Assembly (NCBI GenBank): GCA_039208735.1
Contig: JBCCQY010000039.1
Span: 1 to 64,000 of the forward strand
From: Myxococcota bacterium
GTDB lineage: Bacteria > Myxococcota_A > UBA796 > GCA-2862545
Direction: 5' to 3'
Length of the DNA: 64,000 nt
The stretch's first letter is position 1, and each line of letters opens with the position of its first letter. The notes under the pieces were generated by a model that was not told the origin of the DNA, ran no database searches, and saw only the letters and a list, made by a program, of their open reading frames with translations. Below, piece after piece: positions 48,442-58,284 of the stretch. Made by a program: the position numbers and the translations under genes.

Positions 48442-49302
48442 ATGGATGCATCGATTGAAGATTGGCAGTTGGTCGCCACGGCGTGGCGGAAGGGAAGCTT
48501 CACGGCCGCCGCGATGGCCCTCCGAGTCGGTCAGGCGACGGTATCTCGACGAGTGGGCGCCCTTGAGTCGCGGATCGGACATCGGCTGTTCGACCGCCAT
48601 AAGACGGGCCTCGTCGCGACCGAGGCGTTGCGGTCCCTCCGCCCCCAGCTCATGGCCCTCGAATCCGCCTCTGTCGAGCTGCATCGGGCCCTCGACGGGC
48701 TTGAGCAAGATGTTTCGGGGGTGGTGCGAATCGCGGGGCCGCCGGGACTCTGTGTGGACTGGATACCGCGGCTCGCCGAGGCCGTTCGCAACGAACATCC
48801 GGACGTAACCCTCACTGTTCTCGCCGATATCGAACCGCGCGACCTGGTTCGCCGAGATGCCGATCTGGCGCTTCGCTACAGCTCGACCCCCCATGGAGAC
48901 CTGCTCGTCCGAAGGATTGCGACGGTTCAGACAGGACTCTTCGCAAGCCCCGCCTTGCTGGCTCGACTGCCGAGCCCACTCAACCTGGCCGATGTGCCCT
49001 TGGTGCAATGGGCGGATGACTTGGCCGACATTCCCATGGGCCGGGCGCTCGCCGCACTCGGTGGCCCCATCGCGGCGACGGCCAACGACTACCTGGTGCT
49101 GCGGGCCTTGGTCTTGGCGGGCATTGGCGCATGCCTGTTTGAGGTCCAGACCGCACAGAGGCTTGGATTGGTCCCGGTTCCCGTCGACCCACCCGATGTA
49201 CCGGCTCAATCTCTGTTTCGCGTCGTACACCGGGCGGTGCGCCACGTTCCCCGTGTGGCCGCGGTCATCGAAATCGTGGACCGCTTAGCCCGCGTGAGCT
49301 GA
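48442..49302 (+). CDS. LysR-family transcriptional regulator
   Basis: GSFTAAAMALRVGQATVSRRVGALE..LFDR, ADLALR. Palindrome CATCCATTTATGGATG overlaps the start. Confidence 0.92.
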   Translation: MDASIEDWQLVATAWRKGSFTAAAMALRVGQATVSRRVGALESRIGHRLFDRHKTGLVATEALRSLRPQLMALESASVELHRALDGLEQDVSGVVRIAGPPGLCVDWIPRLAEAVRNEHPDVTLTVLADIEPRDLVRRDADLALRYSSTPHGDLLVRRIATVQTGLFASPALLARLPSPLNLADVPLVQWADDLADIPMGRALAALGGPIAATANDYLVLRALVLAGIGACLFEVQTAQRLGLVPVPVDPPDVPAQSLFRVVHRAVRHVPRVAAVIEIVDRLARVS

Positions 49303-50552
49303 ATCCACGCCCGGGGGGCCACCACCTCTTCCATCGTCCACACATCCACCGTCTCGATGCGGCCGCGCAACTGCACATCGGCCACGCGGCCCAACCCTTC
49401 CGGGCCTCGCTCGGCCACGGTCGCTCCGGACACGAGCAAGGGCAAATCCACCTCTTTTGTTAGGGCTTCGAGCCGACTCGCCGTATTGACGGTGTCGCCG
49501 AGGACCGTGAATTCCATCCGTAGGCCACTGCCCAGGCAACCCACCACGAGTTCGCCCGTGTGCACCCCGATTCCCACACGGAACGCCACATCCCCTGTTG
49601 CGAGTTCGCTCACCGCTTGTTGCATCGCCAGTGCGGCACGCACCGCCAAATCAGCGTGGTCCTCACGCGACTCCGGCACGCCGAAAACGGCGAGCATGCC
49701 ATCCCCCATGAACTTGTCGACCACGCCATGGTGGTCGACCACAACCGCCGCAAGGCGCCCCTGAATGACGTTGAGCGCGGCAAGCACCTCGATGGGACTG
49801 CGCGACTCGGCCCAGGTGGTGAATCCCCGAATGTCGCTGACCAACACCGTGGCACGCACCGCGCGGGGCTGCGTGACCAACCCAATCGGGTCCTGATGGA
49901 TGCCGTCGACCACACGATGAGGGAGAAAACGCGCCAACGTGACACGCGCAACTTCGCTGCGAACCGCGCGCCGAACCTGTTGGGTGAGCATCGCCGTCGC
50001 CGCGGCGACCCCCACCAAGAGCACCACATGGACCACCATCTGCGCTGCGTCCAAACGGGTCTGGGCGGCGAACCACAGGTAGATGAAGAGCCCCGCTAAG
50101 GTCGAGACCCACAAGCTCGACCGCGACATCCGAAAGCCTCCCGTGACCACGAGGAGGCTTGCGCCGAGCGCTGCCGTCGCAAGCTCCATGATCTGCTCGA
50201 GCACCGCAAGATCGATGTGGGTGAAGGTCGCCTGGATGCGCCCCACGATCACCGTGGCATCGAGCAGCGGTAACCCAATCCGCAGCCAACTCGGATGCCA
50301 ACCGGAGCGCAGGGCGAACAGAAGGCCCACCGACAGCGCCAAGTAGGCGTAGGTCGGCACGCGATGGAACCACTCGAGCCCGCTGTCTGCGACCCAGTAG
50401 TAGGTTTCCATCGCTGCGAGACCCACAAAGGCCACCGCTCGAACCCACGCAATCGCAATCTCGTTGTGCCGCGACTCGGTCTGCAGCGTACGATCGATCG
50501 CGGTTGCGAGCTCCTCGGGGACGGCATTACGCGCAGCGGGGAGTTCGGCCAT
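49206..50552 (-). CDS. Membrane-bound class III adenylate cyclase
   Basis: About six TM helices; SDIRGFT, DKFMGDG, FTVLGDTVNTASRLE. 3' end overlaps lysR. Confidence 0.9.
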   Translation of the reverse strand: MAELPAARNAVPEELATAIDRTLQTESRHNEIAIAWVRAVAFVGLAAMETYYWVADSGLEWFHRVPTYAYLALSVGLLFALRSGWHPSWLRIGLPLLDATVIVGRIQATFTHIDLAVLEQIMELATAALGASLLVVTGGFRMSRSSLWVSTLAGLFIYLWFAAQTRLDAAQMVVHVVLLVGVAAATAMLTQQVRRAVRSEVARVTLARFLPHRVVDGIHQDPIGLVTQPRAVRATVLVSDIRGFTTWAESRSPIEVLAALNVIQGRLAAVVVDHHGVVDKFMGDGMLAVFGVPESREDHADLAVRAALAMQQAVSELATGDVAFRVGIGVHTGELVVGCLGSGLRMEFTVLGDTVNTASRLEALTKEVDLPLLVSGATVAERGPEGLGRVADVQLRGRIETVDVWTMEEVVAPRAWIQLTRAKRSTISMTAATRGTWRTARCTTRNRD

Positions 50553-50654
50553 GCCGGCGTTCTACCACACCAGTCTGCGGCTTGGGGGGGCTGTTCACTC
50601 GTTGTGACTGTGGTGGATCTGCCCCCGGCCCATCCGACGTGTGAATCACAGGGT

Positions 50655-52046
50655 TCAAGCTGCCGCTTGCTCCCGTCTCTGCTCGAGTTCCACACCAATT
50701 TCCTTCATCTTTGCATCACTCAACGGGTAGAAGAACATAGCACCTACCCCAATGAGCGAAAGCACGCCCGGAATCACGCTCACGAGCAAGAGAATGCCCA
50801 ACAGCGCCGTCTCGGATTGGTCTACGTTGGGTACGTAGTCGAACGCCTCGAGAACCCACCCTGCGGCAAACCCGCCGATGGCCGCTCCAAACTTGAGCGA
50901 CAGCATCGCGCCCGAAAACACCAGCCCGGTGCTGCGATTTCCGGTCTTCCATTCTCCATAGTCCGCGACGTCCGCGTACATCGCAAACATGATGGGTGCC
51001 GTCGGACCAAGCACGAAGTTGATGACGAGATTGAGCACGACGATGGCTTCGAGTTCCGTACCGGGCAAGCCGAACAGCCCAAACGTCAGCAGCGCCCCTG
51101 ACCCCATGCAGATCAGGTAGGCCCGCCGTTTTCCGATGCGTTGGGTTAGGGGCGTGGTGACGAGGACGCCCAGCACATTGGCCACGCCGCCTGACGTGAG
51201 GAACAAGGTGACCAGGGTTTCCACGTCAGGAATCTCGGTGCCGAACAACGTCATCTCATGCACCCCGACGTAGTACGTCAGGTAGTACACGACGGTCGAG
51301 CCACGAATCGCGAAATTGGCAAGAATGACCGTACCCAAAACCAGCATGATGCCCAACGCATCGTTCTGGCCGAGCGTTGCGATGTCGGCCCGCAGATTGG
51401 TCTGTTCCTCGATCGGTTCAACACGCTCTTTCGTGGTCGCAAAGGTGATCGAGAACAGAACGCCTGCAATGATGCCGAACAGGACCATCGTGAGCGGCCA
51501 GCCCACGGTTGGATCCCCATTCCCCAGCCACTTCACAAGCCACAACGTCGAGAATTGGACGAAGACGCCACCCGAGAACGCGCCGACGAAGCGATACGAC
51601 GAAACGGAGGTCCGCTCCTCGGAGTTGGGTGTAATGACGCCCATCAGGGCGGAATACGGAATATTGATGGCCGTGTACGCCATCATCATGAGGATGTACG
51701 TAACATACGCGTAGATCACCTTGCCGCCTTCGGGCAGGTCGGGCGTGCTGAAGGTGAGCACACCTGCCGCCAACAGGGGCAAGATCATCCAGATGAGCCA
51801 CGGTCGATACCGTCCCCACCGAGACTTGGTGCGGTCCGCAATGATGCCCATCATGGGGTCGTTGACGGCATCCCAGATGCGGGCGACCAAGAACAACGTG
51901 CCGGCCGCCACGGGCGAAATGCCAAACACGTCCGTGTAGAAGACCAGCAAGAAGAACTCGAACACCTTCCAATAGAGGTTTGAGGCCGTATCTCCTAGAG
52001 CGTAGCCAATCTTCTCACCCGCCGAGAGTTGTCCACCCTCCTTCAT
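50655..52046 (-). CDS. GPH-family (glycoside-pentoside-hexuronide) cation symporter
   Basis: EKIGYALGD, WDAVNDP..G..ADRTKSRWGRYRPW, NIPYSAL, ADVADYGEWKTG. Confidence 0.93.
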   Translation of the reverse strand: MKEGGQLSAGEKIGYALGDTASNLYWKVFEFFLLVFYTDVFGISPVAAGTLFLVARIWDAVNDPMMGIIADRTKSRWGRYRPWLIWMILPLLAAGVLTFSTPDLPEGGKVIYAYVTYILMMMAYTAINIPYSALMGVITPNSEERTSVSSYRFVGAFSGGVFVQFSTLWLVKWLGNGDPTVGWPLTMVLFGIIAGVLFSITFATTKERVEPIEEQTNLRADIATLGQNDALGIMLVLGTVILANFAIRGSTVVYYLTYYVGVHEMTLFGTEIPDVETLVTLFLTSGGVANVLGVLVTTPLTQRIGKRRAYLICMGSGALLTFGLFGLPGTELEAIVVLNLVINFVLGPTAPIMFAMYADVADYGEWKTGNRSTGLVFSGAMLSLKFGAAIGGFAAGWVLEAFDYVPNVDQSETALLGILLLVSVIPGVLSLIGVGAMFFYPLSDAKMKEIGVELEQRREQAAA

Positions 52047-52196
52047 TGGGCCCCCCGAGGCGTAGCGCTGCGGAACACGATGCAATGGCGGGTGGGCCTG
52101 GGTTCGATGAGGGGGACGGTGTGCGCCATGAGATTTCCGAACTCCGGTTCGAGGGATTTCGTCCGATGGTACAGGGCAGGCCGCACGTCGTATAGA

Positions 52197-53693
52197 TCAG
52201 CCCGTCATCTCCTCAAGCTCGAGCCCCTTGGTTTCCGGCACCAAAGCGACGACGAAGACGGCCGAAAGCAGCGCTCCAATCGTGTAAAGGCCGTAGGCAC
52301 CGGCCAGCCCAATGCTGGTGAGGAGCAAGGGGAACGTCATCGTTACGACGAAGTTCGATCCCCACTGGAAGAGACCCGCCACGGCGAGCCCGGAGCCGCG
52401 CAGCTGGTTGGGGAACATCTCGCCGAGCATGACCCACATGACGGGTCCCCATGACAAGTTGAACAAGAACACGTAGGCGTTCGCGGCGGTCACCGCGACA
52501 ACGCCCATCGCAGGGGAAAGGTCGAGAAGATCGGTACTGAGCGTGGTCGCTTCCGCGAACAGGGTGCCGTTGGCCAGCACCGTACCCGCGGCAAACGTGT
52601 GCCCTGCCGAGTACAGGGTGCCCGTTCCGAAGGCGCCTGCCACCAGAGCAAGGGTAAGCGCCATGCCGACCGAGCCGACAAGCAGCAACGGACGTCGTCC
52701 GATCCGGTCGATGACGGCAACCGTGATGAACGCTGCGGCGACCGAGATCCCCCCACTAATCACATTGACGAGCAACGCGTCACTCTCGGAAAACCCAGCT
52801 GCCTGCCAGAGGACCGCGCCGTAGTAAAAGACGACGTTGATGCCCACCAGCTGTTGAAAGGTGGCCAACCCAATCCCCACCCAAACGATGGGTCGGACCC
52901 CGCCAGGGCCGAACAAATCCGAGAATCGAGGTGCGTGATCCGACGCCAGCGTCGTCTGAATCTCTCGCACCTTGGCGCCCACGAGCGGAGGGTCCATCAG
53001 GCGGCCCAGGACCCCCTTGGCTTCTTCGAGGCGACCGCGGGCCACGAGGAAGCGAGGGCTTTCCGGAATTCCGAGAAGTGCAACAAAGAACAGGACCGCG
53101 GGGGCCATTTCGATCCAAAACATCCAGCGCCACGCCGCGTAGCCAAGCCACCACGTCGTGGTGCTCGTTCCGGCGGCGAACGCGAGCCCATAGTTGGACA
53201 GAAACGCGCAAAATAGGCCCAAGATGATGGCGATTTGCTGCACCGTCGCCAACGCCCCGCGAATGCGGGCCGGGGCCACTTCTGCGATGTAGGCAGGGGC
53301 AAGCACGCTCGCTGCGCCGACCGCAAGTCCACCGACAATCCGGTAGGTTACGAACTCGAGGGAACCCTGGGCAATCCCGGATCCCCACGCACTCACCACA
53401 AAAAAGATCGCCGAGAGAAGGAGCAAGGTCCGTCGCCCGAACCGGTCTGCGAGTCGCCCTGCGACGAATGCGCCGACTGCACAGCCCAGCAGCATCGAGG
53501 CCACGTTGAACCCGGTGCCTGCCGAGTCGGACTGAAAGGCCTGCTGCAACCCCTCGACCGTGCCGTTGATCACACCACTGTCGAAGCCGAACAGAAAGCC
53601 ACCGATCGTAGCGACCCCGCTGATCCGCAGCACAAACCCAAGTTGCCCTCGATTTTCGATGGGGGCCCTCCGCGAAGGGCGAGTCTCCCTCAT
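52197..53693 (-). CDS. Sugar porter family MFS transporter (GlcP/XylE-like)
   Basis: GGFLFGFDSGVING, DRFGRR, PESPR, QQLVGINVVFYY, WGPVMW, PETKG. Start uncertain (ATG 53693 or ATC 53660). Confidence 0.94.
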   Translation of the reverse strand: MRETRPSRRAPIENRGQLGFVLRISGVATIGGFLFGFDSGVINGTVEGLQQAFQSDSAGTGFNVASMLLGCAVGAFVAGRLADRFGRRTLLLLSAIFFVVSAWGSGIAQGSLEFVTYRIVGGLAVGAASVLAPAYIAEVAPARIRGALATVQQIAIILGLFCAFLSNYGLAFAAGTSTTTWWLGYAAWRWMFWIEMAPAVLFFVALLGIPESPRFLVARGRLEEAKGVLGRLMDPPLVGAKVREIQTTLASDHAPRFSDLFGPGGVRPIVWVGIGLATFQQLVGINVVFYYGAVLWQAAGFSESDALLVNVISGGISVAAAFITVAVIDRIGRRPLLLVGSVGMALTLALVAGAFGTGTLYSAGHTFAAGTVLANGTLFAEATTLSTDLLDLSPAMGVVAVTAANAYVFLFNLSWGPVMWVMLGEMFPNQLRGSGLAVAGLFQWGSNFVVTMTFPLLLTSIGLAGAYGLYTIGALLSAVFVVALVPETKGLELEEMTG

Positions 53694-54708
53694 GTCCCCA
53701 GTCTCCGTCAACGACCCGCGACTTCGCTTCGTGACCCTTCGGAACGACCGGGGGTGGTCCGCCCGTTGGTTGACGCTCGGTGCACGTCTGACGTCATTGG
53801 TCGTGCCCGATCCGAAAGGGGTGCCTCGCGAGGTGGTTCTCGGCTACGACTCCGTAGAACCCTACGTGGCAGGCACGCCCTGGCTCGGCTGCGTCATCGG
53901 TCGGTACACGAACATCATCGAAGATGCGAACTACTCGATCGACGGCGAGCGCTACGAGCTGCGCCCCAACGCCGGCCGCCACCAGATGAATGGTGGTCGA
54001 CAGGGCTTGCACCGGGTGCTTTGGGACGTCGAGCTGACCGATGATCCCGCAGGACCTGGGGTCCGTTTTTGCCATACGAGTCCCCCCGGAGCCGGCGGAC
54101 ATCCAGGCGAACTCACGGTGACGGTGACCTGGCGACTCGAGCACACCGACACCGTTTCCGTCACCTTCGATGCAACCACGACGGCGCCCACCCACGCGAG
54201 CCTAAGTGCCCATCCCTACTTCAACCTCGCAGATGACCGTCGCCAAACCATCCTCAACCACCTCCTACAGCTTGGCGCCCCCACCTACACGCCGGTACGC
54301 GCGGGAAACATCCCGACGGGGGAGATTCGGTCGCTCTCCGGCACCGAATTCGACTTCGCTTCGCCGACGGTGATCGGTTCACGGCGCAACGGGCAGTACG
54401 ACCAGAGTTTCGTTCTCGGACACGCCGGTCCGGCCGCCACCCTGTGGGATCCGGGGTCGGGGAGACGCCTCACGGTGACAACCTCGCTTCCCGGCTTGCA
54501 GTTGGACACCGGCACCTACCTCACCGAACGCCAACGAGGCGCGCCCCGGGGGTTTGGGGCCCATGGCGGCGTGTGCCTCGGGGCTCAGGCCTTACCCAAT
54601 AGTCCCAACATCCCGGCCTTCCCGTCCACGTTGCTCCGTCCTGGACAGCGCCTCACCGCATGGATTCGGTACCGTCTCGACCATGACCCTTCCCTCGGAT
54701 CAGGGTAG
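53692..54708 (+). CDS. Aldose 1-epimerase (GalM) homologue with a degenerate active site
   Basis: GalM scaffold (VVLGYD, IGRY, PG.L.V.V, HPYFNL, PTGEI, PSTLLRPG), but CLETQ is replaced by CLGAQ. Confidence 0.85.
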   Translation: MSPVSVNDPRLRFVTLRNDRGWSARWLTLGARLTSLVVPDPKGVPREVVLGYDSVEPYVAGTPWLGCVIGRYTNIIEDANYSIDGERYELRPNAGRHQMNGGRQGLHRVLWDVELTDDPAGPGVRFCHTSPPGAGGHPGELTVTVTWRLEHTDTVSVTFDATTTAPTHASLSAHPYFNLADDRRQTILNHLLQLGAPTYTPVRAGNIPTGEIRSLSGTEFDFASPTVIGSRRNGQYDQSFVLGHAGPAATLWDPGSGRRLTVTTSLPGLQLDTGTYLTERQRGAPRGFGAHGGVCLGAQALPNSPNIPAFPSTLLRPGQRLTAWIRYRLDHDPSLGSG

Positions 54709-55105
54709 CGGCGCGGCGTCCCCGTGCGGCGCCACGAAAGGCCCCTCGGCAAGGACGCGCCCGGGTCACCGTCGAGGCGATGTCGAAGCGACCGCCAAGT
54801 CCTTCCGCGTGCGGCCTTCCCTTCGTATTCCGCGGATGAGAACGAAAATCTCCACCTGGGAACACACATGCCAGGCACGACCAACCCGAAGGGAGATCGT
54901 CGAACCACGGCCAGGTTTCCTGCAGCTCCTTCAAGGGCCCACCCTTCCACAGCATCAGGTGCCGCGGATACCCGCCGAAGACTCATTCAGATTGGATTGG
55001 AATGAGGCGAGCAAAAACACTCGCCGGTCGTCGAATGTTCCGAACATGCCATCGTCGAACGCGACATGGCAGCCGAAGGGGGCTCGCCAAGTGGAGGAAT
55101 CCTAG

Positions 55106-55501
55106 ATGCATCGATTCGGCTTCGTCGCGTTGATCCTTGCAGGGTGTGACTTCAAAACTACAAACCTCTTCTCCTTCAACGGGATGATTCTCAACGACTC
55201 GGACGCCACTATCGTGGAGGTTCGAACCTATACTATCGAGGCAAGCGCGGACCTTGTCCCGGAGGATTGCGAAGACCAACTCCGTGCGCCAGTCGAACCA
55301 GGTGGTAGCGGCGAAATTCGTTGGCCCGCGCTACGGAGCGGTGGAGGATGGGCCATCGAAGTCGTTCTTGAGCCTGGCGGATGTGCCTCCCTTAGTGCGG
55401 TTTCGCCGCACCGGGATTTCGTAGTTCCGGCAGACGATGATCCCAAGCTTGCAGCTTGGTCTTCCGATTGCCTTTGTGAAGAGCTGTCGATCGGTAAGTA
55501 G
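55106..55501 (+). CDS. Hypothetical lipoprotein
   Basis: GGAGG SD, lipobox LAGC. Confidence 0.6.
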   Translation: MHRFGFVALILAGCDFKTTNLFSFNGMILNDSDATIVEVRTYTIEASADLVPEDCEDQLRAPVEPGGSGEIRWPALRSGGGWAIEVVLEPGGCASLSAVSPHRDFVVPADDDPKLAAWSSDCLCEELSIGK

Positions 55502-55828
55502 CCATATCCCAAGGCTGGAGTTTCTGATTTGAGTACCTCGACGCGAAGCGAAGTGAGGGGATGTCACCGATCCCGACCTCGAGCGGGCAACGGATCGAGT
55601 TACCGGCATCCTTCGTCGGGTCGTCGTACCGGCCGTTGAACTGGTCTCAGAAGGCGCGGAAGCCCTCGCCGCCCAGGAGCGCGTGGAGAGCCTGCTAGAG
55701 TCTCACCGGAGCCAGATCCGCGAAGGCCCCGTTCCCATCATGGCCGTCGTCCAGCCATCGGCTGCGGGATGGGCCACCCAGGGCAGCCGTTGGTTTTCGA
55801 GCCACCGTGTGGGGCGTTCAAATTCGGG

Positions 55829-56470
55829 CTACCCCCCAACCTCGAAAGCGATAAACAGATTCGGCTGGATGAGCCACACCCCCGCTTCAAGCGAGGAACT
55901 CTCGGTGTCGCCCAACACCGAGAAGGTGCCCCGAAATGGACGCGAAACCGCGACTTCTGGGGTGATGCGAGCGGGGCCGGCCTGAATGGCGAGCCCCACC
56001 GTACCTCCACCCATCGTGAGCGACGCGCGCCCTACATCACTGGTCAGCAATGTGCTTCGAACATGATCAATACGTGGCCCGAGGGTCAGCTCGTGTTCCC
56101 CCAACGGAATCCCAATGAGGACCGGCGCACTGAAGTGGGCCACACTGACCACGATCAACGTGCCGGCATTGACCCGAGGTGCAAAGGCGAGCGCGATAGG
56201 CGACGACTCAGGGGTCAGGGTCGCTTTGACTCCGAATCCCAGCCCCCACAAGCCAACCTCACCAAGAATGTCCACCTGGTCGGTGGCCCCTACGCGCACC
56301 CCAATGTTGCCGTTGGGCAAGGTGGCCTGACCATCACCTGCATCGAAGACCGCAACGCCACCATCGATGGCCACTTCAACGTTCCCCGTGCCCAAGGCCC
56401 GCGCGGTTTGCCCCTGGCGGATCGAAAAGCAACCCGCGAGCATCGCCATTCCCAAAATCGCAAATCTCAT
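55829..56470 (-). CDS. Hypothetical beta-rich outer-membrane lipoprotein
   Basis: Lipobox LAGC, QTARALG.G motif, alternating beta-strands. Confidence 0.72.
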   Translation of the reverse strand: MRFAILGMAMLAGCFSIRQGQTARALGTGNVEVAIDGGVAVFDAGDGQATLPNGNIGVRVGATDQVDILGEVGLWGLGFGVKATLTPESSPIALAFAPRVNAGTLIVVSVAHFSAPVLIGIPLGEHELTLGPRIDHVRSTLLTSDVGRASLTMGGGTVGLAIQAGPARITPEVAVSRPFRGTFSVLGDTESSSLEAGVWLIQPNLFIAFEVGG

Positions 56471-56517
56471 TCCCGCTCCACATCTTGGGTTGTGGAGAAA
56501 GCTACCGCACGGCGACC

Positions 56518-56865
56518 CTACCCGCCTTCGATGAGACGACGAGCGGCCACGCGCTGGGCCACCATCGCAAGGACCAAGGTCCACCCCATCGCAAGGGCCA
56601 ATCCGAGTTCCTCGCGAATGAGTTCATCGTCAAGGTCAAACGGCCGGCTTGGCTCGGCAATCCACCACAACGCAAAACCGAGCACGAACGCAATCCCAAA
56701 CGCCGGGCGATGCGGCAATCGGCGAAAGGCGGCGAGGAACGAGAGGGCCGCAACCAATCCGTAGGCCAAGATCCACCAGGCTCCATCAGCATCGTTGAGC
56801 TGAACCCAGGCAAACCCCAGGAAGGCACATCCCATCAGTCCGCAGACAATCGAAAACACTGGCAC
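56518..56865 (-). CDS. Transmembrane 220 (TMEM220) family protein
   Basis: AWVQLND.D..WW..Y and REELGL motifs. Confidence 0.8.
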   Translation of the reverse strand: MPVFSIVCGLMGCAFLGFAWVQLNDADGAWWILAYGLVAALSFLAAFRRLPHRPAFGIAFVLGFALWWIAEPSRPFDLDDELIREELGLALAMGWTLVLAMVAQRVAARRLIEGG

Positions 56866-56904
56866 GAAGGACCCTCCCCGGATCTTGCGGGTGGTAGCCC
56901 GGAT

Positions 56905-58284
56905 TCACGCCCGAAACAACACTTGCATGAGCTGGTCGCACACCTCAACCGGCGCCAAGGTCGAGGCATCATCGGTGCGCCGGATGAGTACGGGCCCGCG
57001 GTCCGGATCGGGCACCGCTCGACCGTGTGAACCGCTGATCAACGATGCATCAAGGGGAATCACGTCCATGCGGTACCGAAAGCCGAGCGCCTTGCGGGCA
57101 AGCGTCCACGCGACGCGCATCACAGGCAAGGGAAGGTCTGGGTTTACAAACATCTCGACGGGGTCGTACCCGGGCTTCCGATGGATGTCGACGGTGCGGG
57201 CGAAGTCCGGCGCACGCGCATCGTCGAGCCAGTAGTAGTAGGTAAACCAGCTATCCGGCCGCGCAAGGGCGACGAGTTCCCCTGAACGAGGATGATCGAG
57301 GTGGTGGGCTCGTTTGCCCACCTCGTCGAGCACGGCCTCCACCCCAGGAATCGCCTCGATAAGCCGACGTACTTCGTCGATCCTCGATGGATCATTGACG
57401 TAGACATGGGCAATCTGGTGGTCTGCGACGGCAAACGCGGTTGACGCACCTGCATCTAGCAGTTCCCAACCTGACTCTTCACGAATCGCGATCATGCCTG
57501 CTTCACGAAGCGCCCGGTTGAGGTGCACCGGCCGAGACACATCGGTGATGCCGTACTCGGAAAGCACGACCACTTCGACCCCTGCGCCTTCGTAGTAGTG
57601 GATCAGTTCTTCGAGGACGCCATCGATCTCACGGAGGTCGGACCGTACCCGGGCATCGCCCTCCCCGTGGCGCTGCAAATTGTAGTCGAGATGAGGCAGA
57701 TAGACGAGCGAGAGGGTGGGTGCGTGGGTTCGATGGACCCACTGGGCCGCTAAAGCGATCCACTGGCTCGACGCGATGCTGGTGTTGGGGCCCCAGAACT
57801 TGAACAGGGGAAACGTCCCGAGTTCGCGTTGCAACGTCTCGCGCAGCTCCGCCGGCTTGGTGTAGATGTCGGGCAGTTTGAGGCCGTCCGAGTGGTACTG
57901 AGGCCGTGGCGTGACGGTGTGGTCGACGTCGGCGTACATCGCGTACCACCAAAAGAGGTTCGCCACCGTCAGCGACGGATCTCGCTCCCGGGCGAGATCC
58001 CACAGTTTTGGGGCCTGGACCAGCTTGTTGCTCTGCCGCCAGAACTTGACCTCACATTCGTCGCGGAAGTACCAACCATTGCCCACAATGCCGTGTTCCG
58101 AGGGCCACTTGCCCGTCAGATAAGTCGACTGTGCGGTCGTGGTCACCGCGGGGAGAACTGGGTCGATCGACCGAACTGCGCGATCCTGTGCCCAGGAGGT
58201 GAGAAAAGGCATGTCGAGGCCCAGGTGCGATCGGGTCAGCCCCACGACATCGACAATGGCGGTGGGTTTGGCGCGTTCGGTCAT
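56905..58284 (-). CDS. eboF: EboF, nucleotide pyrophosphatase/alkaline phosphatase family
   Basis: PAVTTTAQSTYLTG, HGIVGNGW, YLPHLDY, SEYG, VDIHRKPGYDP, GSHG. Confidence 0.9.
   Translation of the reverse strand: MTERAKPTAIVDVVGLTRSHLGLDMPFLTSWAQDRAVRSIDPVLPAVTTTAQSTYLTGKWPSEHGIVGNGWYFRDECEVKFWRQSNKLVQAPKLWDLARERDPSLTVANLFWWYAMYADVDHTVTPRPQYHSDGLKLPDIYTKPAELRETLQRELGTFPLFKFWGPNTSIASSQWIALAAQWVHRTHAPTLSLVYLPHLDYNLQRHGEGDARVRSDLREIDGVLEELIHYYEGAGVEVVVLSEYGITDVSRPVHLNRALREAGMIAIREESGWELLDAGASTAFAVADHQIAHVYVNDPSRIDEVRRLIEAIPGVEAVLDEVGKRAHHLDHPRSGELVALARPDSWFTYYYWLDDARAPDFARTVDIHRKPGYDPVEMFVNPDLPLPVMRVAWTLARKALGFRYRMDVIPLDASLISGSHGRAVPDPDRGPVLIRRTDDASTLAPVEVCDQLMQVLFRA

Noticed and set aside
49206..49302. 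Convergent 3' overlaps (cyclase/lysR; also kinase/MopE protein at 37454-37518)
   Set aside because: The overlapping tails lie beyond the conserved domains. This is common stop-codon drift in GC-rich genomes.
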